Source of the DNA: Mobula hypostoma
Taxonomy: Eukaryota
Direction: 5' to 3'
DNA length: 64,000 nt
Assembly (NCBI RefSeq): GCF_963921235.1
Contig: NC_086097.1
Span: forward strand, 173,106,001-173,170,000
Shown here in pieces: positions 49,608-61,226 of this stretch (positions are counted from its first letter, which is position 1; every line of letters begins with the position of its first letter). The notes under the pieces are model-generated. The model made no database searches and had not been told where the DNA came from. It saw nothing but the letters and a program-made list of their open reading frames with translations. The translations under genes were made by a program, and so were the position numbers.

Positions 49608-50379
49608 CAGGTGTCCCCTGCTTTTTAAACATTCGCTTTACGAAACCTCACTGTTACGAAAGACCTACATTAGTTACCTATTTTCGCTAACAGGAGATGT
49701 TTTCACTGTTACGAAAAAAGGCAGTGCGCAAAAAGAAGGCAGCACGCGCCCTGAGCAGCTGTTTTCCCCGGGAACTGCATTCTAGCTGGCAATGCTTAAA
49801 CACGTGCCTGTGAGCATCCGTTAGCAAGATGAGTTCTAAGGTATCGGAAAAGCCTAAAAGAGCTCGTAAGGGTGTTACACTTAGCATAAAACTAGACATA
49901 ATTAAGCGTTTGGATCGTGGTGAACGAAGTAAGGACAAAGTGAGTTTGGCTTGTGGAAATTCATGAAGATGATGTTGAAGAGGTTTTGACATCCCATGAC
50001 CAAGAACTGATTGATGAAGAGCTGATGCAATTGGAAGAGGAAAGGGTAACAATCGAAACCGAATGCAGTAGCGAACGGACCGAAAGTGACTGCGTGAGAT
50101 TTTCGCTACGGTGGACAGTGCAGGCAACTATTGTGGAGAAGTATTTCTACTTTATATAGGCTGTGTACTTATCATATCACTCCTGCTTTTACTATATGTT
50201 ACTGCTATTCTAGGTTTTATGTGTTATTTGGCATGATTTGGTAGGTTATTTTTGGGTCTGCAAATGCTCACAAATTTTTCCCATATAAATAAATGGTAAT
50301 TGCTTCTTCACTTTACAACATTCCAGCTTACGAACCGTTTCATAGGAACACTCTACCTTCGGATGGTGGGGGAAACCTG
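49608..50379 (+). mobile_element. Tigger/pogo-type non-autonomous DNA transposon (772 bp)
   Basis: TA TSDs; TIRs CAGGTGTCCCC / GGGGAAACCTG. From ATG 49829: MSSKVSEKPKRARKGVTLSIKLDIIKRLDRGERSKD (CENP-B/Psq HTH-like), joined to an acidic C-terminal piece EDDVEEVLTSHDQELIDEELMQLEEE; DDE core deleted. Confidence 0.85.
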
Positions 50380-50464
50380 TACCGGAGTTTCTGTGGAGGT
50401 ATTATCCAATAAAGAATTCAAGAACTTTCCTAATATTTTAAATCTATGAAGCCGAAAGGGAATA

Positions 50465-53400
50465 TGTAGTATTTTCAATATTTGAATAATATTGTAAATA
50501 CATTGTTTGATTAAGCATTCTTTGTTTGTTTAGTTCATTCATTATGGGTTACATGTAAGAAGTACATGAATAGCATATATCATTATGCCACATCATATGT
50601 AAGCGTCTCACGAGAAAAAGTAAAAAAAAAACTAAGTAGACAAGTATCCCGATCCCGTGATTTTCTTTCAATTCGTTTCTGGAGTTATAAACATAACAGT
50701 GGCAATGAGAAAGTTTTAAAACAAACCCAAGATGACTGCCCACCTGTTGAAGCGCAGCACGTTTTTCTTTGGAAGGGAAGAGAAACATTTGATCAATTAA
50801 GAACGCAGAAATTGGATGAAATTAACAAGCACAAGTACGGCCTCAGGTTTATCAAAAGTGAGTATCCAGTGATGAGAATAATATTAATTTTTTAAAATGG
50901 CTGAAAGATAGACATGATCAATTGCACAACAGATAACTGGATGATGCTTACTGAACAAATTGAGCAGTATTTTGAAGCAAATGAAAAATGACTGCCAGTG
51001 TTGCTGAGTGCAGTGGGTGGGATAGTTTGCTTAGAAGTTCAACTGCTACAACCAAACCAACTGAAATGAGCCTTTCTGATATTGTGAAGGCAATGCAGGA
51101 ACATTTTAAACTGAAACCACTGTTGACTGCAGAACACTTTGTTTCATAAGCAGAATCAACACAAAGGAACGTCTATTTCAGCTTATGTGACTGAACTGAA
51201 GACATTTTCTGAGCATTGACAGTTCAGTGATGGGCTTAATGATGCACTGAGAGATTGTTTCATTTGTAGAATCTTACAAGAAAGTATTCAAAAACGGCTC
51301 CTAACTGAAGCGCATCACACGTTTAAAAGAATAGTGGAAATCCCTGTATCAAGGAGCCAGAAACACAATTCATTGTAGTTAGGAATGAAAGTGAGCATGA
51401 GCAAAATTGCAATATTTAAACGGAAACCTGCCTGGCCAAACAAATTGTGTTACCGTTGTGGCAGGGGCTCACGTACACCACACCAATGCATGCGAAAGCT
51501 GCAGAAAATGCAACAAAATAGGACACATACAAAGAGTAGATTTAGAATGGAGATGAGGAGAAACTGCTTTTCCCAGAGAGTAGTGTATCTATGGAGTTCT
51601 CTGCCCAATGAAGCAGTGGAGGTTACCTCAGTAAATATATTTAAGAGAAGGTTGGATAGATTTTTGCATTGTAAGGGAATTAAGGGTTATGGGGAAAAGG
51701 CAAGTAGGTGGAGATGAGTCCATGGCCAGATCAGACATGATCTTAGGAATGGTAGATCAGGCGCGACAGGCCAGATAGCCTACTCTTGCTCCTATTTTTT
51801 ATGTTCTTAAGTAAACAAGAGAAAATCTGCCTGGCCTGCTGAGTCCCTCCAGCATTTTGTCTGTATTGCTTGGATAACTAATCATGGAAATTCAGATGGA
51901 TTGTCCCATTTAAGCTTGGAAAAGGAAATAACCTGAAAATTTACAAACACCCCTCTTGACGTATTCTCCCTAATGCAAATCAAACGTCTCCCTATTGTGG
52001 CAGATATGATTCAAAGGGAAACGAGAAAAGAGCCCACAGTGTCTCAGGGTACATGACAACCCAAAATGGCTGGAATGTGCAGCAGAAATTCCAGTTCCCC
52101 CATTTTTACCTGTGTCAGGATGAAATTGCCCATAACAGGAGTTGCTTATCTAGGGATTGAGAGTTGTACCATCCAAGGTGAGAGCAAAAGTGTTGGAGTC
52201 ATCTAGGCATGGTCAAAATAAAAGTGTTGTCTCAAAGCTTTGTCTGGTGGTCTGGGAGAGATCAGCAGATCAAGCAGCTTGCCATGTATTGTTTGGTATG
52301 CCAACACATTCAGAACATGCCAAGAGCAGCATCTCTCCATCCCTGGGAATGGTCTGCATTGCCCTGGCAGAGGATTCATGTGGACTTTGCTGGATCACTC
52401 ATGAGCACAAAGTTCTTGGTAGTAGTGGACGCAGGTACTCTATGGCCAGAAGTGTTCACAATAGCCCCCACTATAGCCTCGCACACTGCTGATGTGCTGA
52501 GAAGCTTCTTCTCATGGACCTGTGTTCCAGTACACTTAGTCACTGACAAAGGACCACAGCTTCTTGCTGAACAGTTTCAGTCATTCCTGAAAATGAACGG
52601 AATAAGTTTTACATCCTCACCGGGGCAGCCAGCTACAAATGGCTTGGCGGAAAGATTAGTCCAGATTCCGAAGAACACGCTGCAAGAAATGTCAACAGAA
52701 CACAATACACTGAATCAGAAACTCGCCAGTCTCCTCTTTGCATGTCACAATGCAGCAACCTGCACAACCAGCAATTCACCAGCTCTGCTGTTCCCGGGTC
52801 ATCCCTTGTGCTCATACTTATATTTCCTCAAACCCAATCTCAGAAGAAGTATGCAGGACAAACAGCTGAGACAAATTGAGGGCTCCTCAAACAAGAAGGT
52901 TCGATGTTGCACTCCTGGACAAACAGTCCTGGCCAGGGACTACCGAGATGGTCAAAAATGGGTACTTCTAAAGATTAAGGACAGAACCGGACTACTCTCC
53001 TACAAAATGGAGATAGCATCTGATGTCATCTGGAGATGACACATTGATCAGTTGAGGAGAGTAGAGTCAATTGTTAGAGAAGAAAGGTGTCCGGAGCTGT
53101 CAGAATCACCTTCTACAGTCCCAAAGTCAACTCCTACAACCACCCCGGAGGAGGCCCCAGAACCTGAGATTGTTTCACCACCACAAGTCTCACCTCCCAA
53201 CTAGAGTGACCCAGGACATGTTCTCTTTTCATTATTGCCATCAGGAAGAAGGTACAATAGCCTCAGGACTCACATCACCAGGTTCAGGATAGTTATTACC
53301 CCTCAACCATCAGGCTCTTGGACCAAAGGGGATAACTTCACTCAACATCACTTGCACCACCATTGAAATGTTTCCACAACCAATGGACTTACTTTCAAGG

Positions 53401-53800
53401 ACTCTTCATTGCATGTTCTCAATATTTATTGCTCATTTACTTATTATTGTCATTTCTCCTTTTTGTACTTGCTCAGTTTGTTGTCTTCTGCACTCTGGTT
53501 GAATGCCCTAGTTCGGCAGTTTCATTGTTTCTGTTATGGTTATTATTCTATAGATTTATTGAGTATGCCCACAAGAAAATGAAATCTCGAGGTTTTATAT
53601 GTTGACGTATATGTACTTTGATAATAAAATTTACTTTGAACTTTGAACTATTGCGTGACCACCCCCACCTTGTCAAGAAAAACGTTATCCCACAAGAAAA
53701 AGAAATCTTCCATGGCGATTAAATCTTTAGGCCTGAATGGAACAATTAAAAATTTACTCTGCTGTGTACGTCTGTATTTTGTATTATATGGTATACTGTG
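50465..53800 (+). mobile_element. Decayed Gypsy LTR retrotransposon
   Basis: 5' LTR TGTAG...AACA at 50465-50698, PBS-like gtggcaatgag, gag remnants from about 50897, zinc knuckle CYRCG..., integrase 52209-53039 (C..C, PWQRIHVDFAG, TDKGPQ, PATNGLAER). Protease/RT mostly deleted. CR1 (about 51535-51810) and Rex (about 53207-53647) inserts; no clear 3' LTR. Confidence 0.85.
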
Positions 53801-54294
53801 CGTGCATATATACAGAACCTACTGCAGTTTACACAGTCTATTAGACTGATTTTCATCCTGCCCTGTATCATTATTTCTGGAGTGCAGCCAGGATCATTCT
53901 CTGACTTTCATTCTCCTCATTCACAAGACACGGCATAGTTTTCCTCGTAGCCATACATATAACTAGCTCAGCTTCCACACTGCCTCTCCTGCCCCTTCCT
54001 ACAAAAACCATAATTACTATCAGTTAAAAATCAGTTCCCTGATCTTGGGTCATCTCCATTCCCTCTTCACCAATTCCATCTTTCAGCCTCACAACATTAT
54101 CAGATTGGGTAAAAATTCACAACTTCAGTCTTTGATTTTGTTCAAGGTATGTTTTCAACTCTGCAGTTTTTCCACAAGCTGCCTTGTCGTCTATCATCAT
54201 GGCTGCTTTTGCCTCAGTCCCGTAATAACAGTTAGTGAATGATCACCAGTGATGGCCACATGAATAAAAAAACTACTTCTTAATGTGTCTTTCA

Positions 54295-54705
54295 TTCCTC
54301 CCCAAGATTGAAAGCATCTACTTGAGGCACTTCAAGATGGTGAGATCTATCATCAAGGATCTCCACAATCTGAGTCATGCCCTTGTCTCACTGCTACCAT
54401 CAAGCAGGAGTTACAGAAGCCTTGAGTCCCACACCATCAGGTTCAGAAACAGCTATTTTCATTCAATCATCACTGTCTTGAACCGGCCTGCACAAACCTA
54501 ACTCCACCTCAGCATTGAAACACTCCAGAGTTGTACTATGATGAACTTGGTTATAATTGTGCTTTTGCATTAATTTCCTATTTTGTGCATTTTTTTCATT
54601 GACTTGTACAATGTATGTTATTGTTTGAATCTAAGTTCCTGTGACAATGCTACAAGTTTATCATTGGACCTGTATGACAATAAACCTGACTTAACTGGAC
54701 TTGAC
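54295..54705 (+). mobile_element. Rex1/Babar-type 3' fragment
   Basis: SIIKDLH...LLPSSRSYRSL..T.RFRNSYF in ORF 54283-54501, followed by 3' UTR. Confidence 0.7.
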
Positions 54706-56724
54706 CTGGCAAGTGCATGGCATATTTGAAGAAGCCAGTGGAAGTAACAGTGGAAAGACTGTTGATACTCTTTCTGTAACATACATGAAAAGGAATCTCA
54801 GGTTGAGACACTGTGCTTTCATTATCATTTAAAAAAGTCCTTACATCCATGTGACTACTAAGCAAATTTAAAAAAAAAATCTATTTGTGGCTTTGTCATC
54901 ATTACTTAATGACTGGACTACAAATGATTTTGTTAAGTGCCTTGCTGTAATCCCTTAACATTTGTGTTAAGTCAAGATCAGACATTGCGAACATCTCATG
55001 ACAACATGGCATGTGGCAGGCCTTTGACCTTAAACACTAACTTTGTTTCTCTCTGCACAGATGGTAAAGGAATAAAAGTGAATAGTGGTCGTAGTTACTG
55101 CATATTTCTGAAACTTATCTGGTCACAGGCAATGTGCAATGGACAAAACTTCTTTTTCTCACTTTCCAAGAGATTATGAGTGTGTATTGATGGATGGATT
55201 TGGTCTCACTGTGAGAACATGTTGCATTGAACTGGTTAAGATAAGATCAGTGGGTCAGCTTTCTTGTTCCTTTTCACATGTATATACCGCTAGTAAGTAT
55301 TCTGCAGGGGACTCAATCTCCGCAATTTGGGAAAAGTGAGGTAAGAGAAGTGGTGTAAGGAGGCTGTTTCCTTCTCTTCAGATACAGACGTTGGTAGTTA
55401 GGTAAATGCAAAGAGATGCACATACCTTAGCATGACATTTCTAAGAAAATAACAGTAGAGCAGATGGTCCTGATTGACTTAAACCCAATTTACAGAACAG
55501 CAGCTCTGCACATTTGTTTTTATCTTTCTGCCAGCAAAACCACACAATTACAGTACAAAAGGTAGATAGAACAGCCAAAAATAATCTCAACTGTCATCCA
55601 GATGGATGCTCAGTACTCTGCTGTTACAGTACAGCGCTATACTCCTTGGTGTGTGTAATTTTATTGGGCAAGAAAAATAATTACCTTAAAAAAAGATGCA
55701 TGTGGAAGCCACTGCAGGTTTATTTTTACGAACTCTTTCTCCAAAATCCCCCCTCCCCCACACCCCATATCTTAACTTTCCAACCTCTGACTGCATTCCA
55801 GCCTGGGACAAAGGTGAAGGAATACAAGGCCTTCCGGCAGTTAGTCATCTGGAAGCCATCTTTTCATTGCTACTGTTTCCAATACTATGAGTGCAATTAA
55901 CTTAGGATCTAACTATAACTTAATGCTGAATTTCAGAACCCTACAAATCACATGTGAAAGTTTCACATTCACATTAACAAGCTGAAGCTTAAGTGCATGT
56001 TTATCATACATGTAGTTTTTTTGTTTTTATATTGACTTAATTTTTTTTTTGCAAAATCCTATGTTTCAGTGCTTGGATACAATCTGGATTCTTTGGCATT
56101 TTGGTCAAGTATTCCTGGTTAGAGTGAGTTTAGACATTTGACTGAACAATCCACAAACACCCAAGTGGAGTCTCAGTTAATAATTGATTTTTTTTTACAT
56201 AGTAGTTAATTGGTGATTTATACTGCACAATTTCAAAATTTCATTCTGTGTAGTCTCACCTAATATTTACATTTTGACACAGAGAATGATTATTGAGTTA
56301 TGTATACTGCACTATTTTAAATTGTCTTTCTTTGTAGTCAAATGCTCTTTTTGCCTCTTCAAATGCGCCCACTCCCAGGTCCAATACCAAGATAACTGAA
56401 GCAAAAAGAGAAATGCTGGAAGAACTCAGCCAGTCAAACGGCATCTGTCAAAAGACAAACTAATTATCATTTCAAGTTATTAGAAACTAAAGTATCTGCA
56501 CCCCTCAAACTCTGGTAACACAGAAGGTGCCAGGGATGTCTAAAAATTTAGATGAGCGTATAGTGGTGAACACGTCAGACTACCTGATTCCCCCAATATC
56601 TGAAGTGTCATCATCTTTGTTCACTGTCATTCTTCAAAATACAATCAGTGTCAGTTGTAATAATAAAATTAACCTATAATTGCTATCTCTCTCACTCTCT
56701 CCTCTCCACAAATACTGTAATTCC

Positions 56725-57063
56725 AATAACCAGTCCAAATGAAGGGTCTTGACCTGAAATGTCGCCTGTCTATTTTCCTCCACAGATGCTGCCTGGCCTG
56801 CTGAGTTTCTCCAACATCTTGTTTGTTGTTCCAGATTCCAGTATCTGCAGTCTCTTGCGTCTGCAGTGTGCCCGATAATTCTATGGACAAAAGTACTGTC
56901 GACGTTTCTGGCCAAGACCCTTCATCAGGACTGAAAAATAAAGATGAGGAATCAGAGTAAGAATATTGGGGGAGGGGAGGAGAAACTGGGAAGGGGTGAC
57001 TGGTGAAGAAAAGAGCTGGAAAGTCGATTGGTGAAAGAGATACAGGGCTGGAGAAGGGGGAAA
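56725..57063. mobile_element. Two adjacent, oppositely oriented family A-related copies
   Basis: Plus copy about 56730-56862 (decayed hammerhead); minus copy about 56880-57063 whose hammerhead (56896-56933) reads CAGUC CUGAUGA A GGGUCUUGGCCA GAA ACGU C GACAG. Confidence 0.7.
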
Positions 57064-57129
57064 TGGCACTGAGTATATATTACCTCAGTTATCTACAGCG
57101 GTTATTCCCATGCAGCAAAAATGTTTAGA

Positions 57130-60100
57130 AGAGAACTCTCATTGATAGTTTTGATAAAATAAATAAGGAAAAATAGGCTTTCAGCAGCAGAGCTGTCATT
57201 AATAATAGTGGTGAAAGAATATGAAGGAAAATTCCCTGCAGCATGTGGGAAATCAGGGATATTCCAGTGTCCTTGACGACTATGTGTGCAGGAAATGTGT
57301 CCAGCTGCAGCTTCTGGCAGACCGCATTGAGCGGCTGGAACTGCGATTGGATTCATACTGGAGCATCCGCGATGCTGAGAAAGTGGTGAATAGCACGTTC
57401 AGTGAGTTGGCCACACCACATATAAAGGCTACACAGGCAGAAAGGGAATGGGTGGCCACTAAACAGCGTAGTAGTAGGCAGGTAGTGCAGGAGTCCCCTG
57501 AGGTCATCCCCCTCCTGAACAGATATACTGTTTTGGATACTGTTGGGGGAGATGTCTCATCAGGGGAAGGCAGCAGCAGCCGAGTTCATGGCACCATGGC
57601 TGGCTCTGTGACACAGGAAGGAAAGAAAAGGGATGGGAGAGCTATAATGATAGGGGATTTGATTGTAAGGGGAATAGATAGGCGTTTCTGCGGCCGTAAA
57701 CAAGACTCCAGGAGGGTATGTTGCCTCCCTAGTGCAAGGGTCAAGGATGCCTCTGAGCGGTTGCAGGATATTCTGGAGTGGGAGGGTGAACAGCCAGTGG
57801 TCGTGGTGCACATAGGTACCAATGATATAAGTAAAAAACAGGATGAGGTCCTACAAGGTGAATTCAGGGAGTTAGGAGATAAACAAAAAGTAGGACCACA
57901 AAGGTAATAATCTCTGGATTACTGCCAGTGCCATGTGCTAGTCAGAGTAGAAATAGGAGGATATTTCAGATGAATACGTGGCTTGAGAAATGGTGCAAGG
58001 GGGAGGGATTCAAATTTCTGGGGCATTGGAACCAGTTCTGGAGGAGGTGGGACCGGTACAAACAGGGCGGTCTGCACCTGGGCTGGACTGGAACCAATGT
58101 CCTGGGGGGAGCGTTTGCTACTGTTGTTCAGGAGGATTTAAACTAATGTGGCAGGGGGATGGGAACAAGTGCAGAGAGACAGAGGGGTGTAAAATGAGGG
58201 TAGAAGCAAAAAGTAGTATGGTGAAAAGTATAAGTGGCAGACCAGCAAATCCAGGGCAAAAATCAAAAAGGGCCACTTTTCAACATAACTGTATAAGGGC
58301 TAAGAGTGTTGTAAAAGCAAGACTGAAGGCTTTGCGTGTCAATGCAAGGAGCATTTGTAACAAGGTGGATGAATTGAATGTGCAGATAGTTATTAATGAA
58401 TATGATATAGTTGGGATCACAGAGACATGGCTCCAGGGTGACCAGAGATGGGAGCTCAACATTCAGGGATATTCAATATTCAGGAGGGATAGACATGAAA
58501 GAAAAGGAGGTGGGGTAGCATTGCTGGTTAAAGAGGAGATTAACGCAATAGAAAGGAAGGACATAAGCCGGGAGGATGTGGAATCGATATGGGTAGAGCT
58601 GCATAACACTAAGGGGCAGAAAACGCTGATGGGAGTTGTGTACAGGCCACCTAACAGTAGTAGTGAGGTTGGGGATGGCATTAAACAGGAAATTAGAAAC
58701 GCGTGCAATAAAGGAACAGCAGTTATAATGGGTGACTTCAATCTACATATAGATTGGGTGAACCAAATTGGTAAGGGTGCTGAGGAACAGGATTTCTTGG
58801 AATGTATGCCAGATAGTTTTCTGAACCAACATGTCGAGGAACCAACCAGAAAGCAGGCCATTCTAGACTGGGTACTGAGCAATGAGGAAGGGTTATTTAG
58901 CAATCTTGTCGTACGAGGCCCCTTGGATAAGAGTGACCATAATATGGTGGAATTCTTCATTAAGATGGAGAGTGATATAGTTAATCCAGTAACAAAGGTT
59001 CTGAACTTAAAGAAGGGTAACTTTGAAGGTACGAGACATGAATTAGCTAAGATAGACTGGCAAATGATACTTAAAGGGTTGATGGTGGATATGCAATGGC
59101 AAGCATTTAAAGATCGCATGGATGAAAGGCAACAATTGTTCATCCCAGTTTGGCAAAAGAATAAACCAGGGAAGGTAGTGCACCCGTGGCTGACAAGAGA
59201 AATTAGGGATAATATCAATTCCAAAGAAGAAACATACAAATTAGCCAGAAAAAATGGCACACCTGAGGATTGGGAGAAATTCAGAGTCCAGCAGAGGAGG
59301 ATAAAGGGCTTAATTAGGAAAGGGAAAAAAGATTATGAGAGAAAGCTGGCAGGGAACATAAAAACTGACTATAAAAGCTTTTATAGATATGTGAAAAGAA
59401 AAAGATTGGTTAAGACAAATGTTGGTCCCCTACAGACAGAAACAGGTGAATTGATTATGGGGAGCAAGGACATGGCAGACCGATTGAATAATTACTTTGG
59501 TTCTGTCTTCACTAAGGAGGACATTAATAATCTTCCGGAAATAGTAGGGGACAGAGGGTCTAGTGAGATGAAGGAACTGAGGGAAATACATGTTAGTAGG
59601 GAAGTGGTGTTAGGTAAATTGAAGGGATTAAAGGCAGATAAATCCCCAGGGCCAGATGGTCTGCATCCCAGAGTGCTTAAGGAAGTAGCCTGAGAAATAG
59701 CGGATGCATTAGTGATAATTTTTCAAAACTCTTTAGATTCTGGATTAGTTCCTGAGGATTGGAGGGTGCCTAATGTAACCCCACTTTTTAAGAAAGGAGG
59801 GAGAGAGAAACTGGGGAATTATAGACTGGTAAGCTTGACATCGGTGGTGGGGAAAATGCTAAAGTCAGTTATCAAAGATGTGATAACAGCACATTTGGAA
59901 AGCAGTGAAATCATCGGACAAAGTCAGCATGGATTTGTGGAAGGAAAATCATGTCTGACGAATCTCATAGAATTTTTTGAGGATGTAACTAGTAGAGTGG
60001 ATGGGGAGAACCAGTGGATGTGGTATATTTGGATTTTCAAAAGGCTTTTGACAAGGTCCCACACAGGAAATTAGTGTGCAAACTTAAAGCACACAGTATT

Positions 60101-61226
60101 GGGGGTATGGTATTGATGTGGATAGAGAATTGATTGGCAGACAGAAAGCAAAGAGTGGGAATAAACGGGACCTTTTCAGAATGGCAGGCAGTGACTAGTG
60201 GGGTACCGCAAGGCTTAGTGCTGGGACCCCAGTTGTTTACAATATATATTAATGACTGAGACGAGGGAATTAAATGCAGCATCTCCAAGTCTGCGGATGA
60301 CACAAAGCTGGGCGGCAGTGTTAGCTGTGAGGAGGGTGCTAAGATGATGCAGGGTGACTTGGATAGGTTAGGTGAGTGGGCAAATTCATGACACATGCAA
60401 TTTAATATGGATAAATGTGAGGTTATCCACTTTGGTGGCAAAAAAAGAAAAACAGATTATTATCTGAATGGTGGCCGATTAGGAAAAGGAGAGGTGCAAC
60501 GAGACCTGGGTGTCATTGTACACCAGTCATTGAAAGTGGGCATGCAGGTACAGCAGGTGGTGAAAAAGGTGAATGGTATCCTGGCATTCACAGCAAGAGA
60601 ATTCGAGTACAGGAGCAGGGAGGTACTACTGCAGTTGTACAAGGCCTTGGTGAGATCACACCTGGAGTATTGTGTGCAGTTTTGGTCCCCTAACCTGAGG
60701 AAAGACATTCTTGCCATAGAGGGAGTACAAATAAGGTTCACCAGATTGATTCCTGGGATGGCAGGACTTTCATATGATGAAAGACTGGATCGACTAGGCT
60801 TATACTCATTGGAATTTAGAAGATTGAGGGGGGATCTGATTGAAACGTATAAAACCCTAAAGGGATTGGACAGGCTAGATTCAGGAAGATTATTCGCAAT
60901 GTTGGGCAAGTCCAGAATGAGGGGTCACAGTTTAAGGATAAAGGGGAAGCCTTTTAGGACCGAGATGAGGAAAAACTTCTTCACACAGAGAGTGCTGAAT
61001 CTGTGGAATTCTATGCCACAGGAAACAGTTGAGGCCAGTTCTTTGGCTATATTTAAGAGGGAGTTAGATATGGCCCTTGTGGCCAAAGGGATCAGGAGGT
61101 ATGGAGAGAAGGCAGGTATAGGGTTCTGAGTTGGATGATCAGCCATGATTGTACTGAATGGCGGTGCAGGCTCGAAGGGCCGAATGGCCTACTCCTGCAC
61201 CTATTTTCTATGTTTCTATGTTTCTA
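57130..61226 (+). mobile_element. Near-full-length CR1 LINE (ORF1 zinc finger plus esterase; ORF2 APE plus RT), inactivated
   Basis: ORF1 57221-58146 (YVCRKCVQL, IGDLIVRG, VHIGTND, GLHL) with frameshifts. ORF2 from about 58146: VNARS, VGITETW, GVVYRPP, MGDFN, SDH, RT; stop at 59691, frameshift near 60003, further stops, FADD changed to SADD. (TTTCTATG)n tail. Same family as 11670-13998. 5' end approximate. Confidence 0.95.

Noticed and set aside
58463..61146. Long antisense ORFs over CR1 ORF2 (265, 134, 149 aa; also 12814-13518)
   Set aside because: Shadow frames of the RT coding strand, with no independent evidence.
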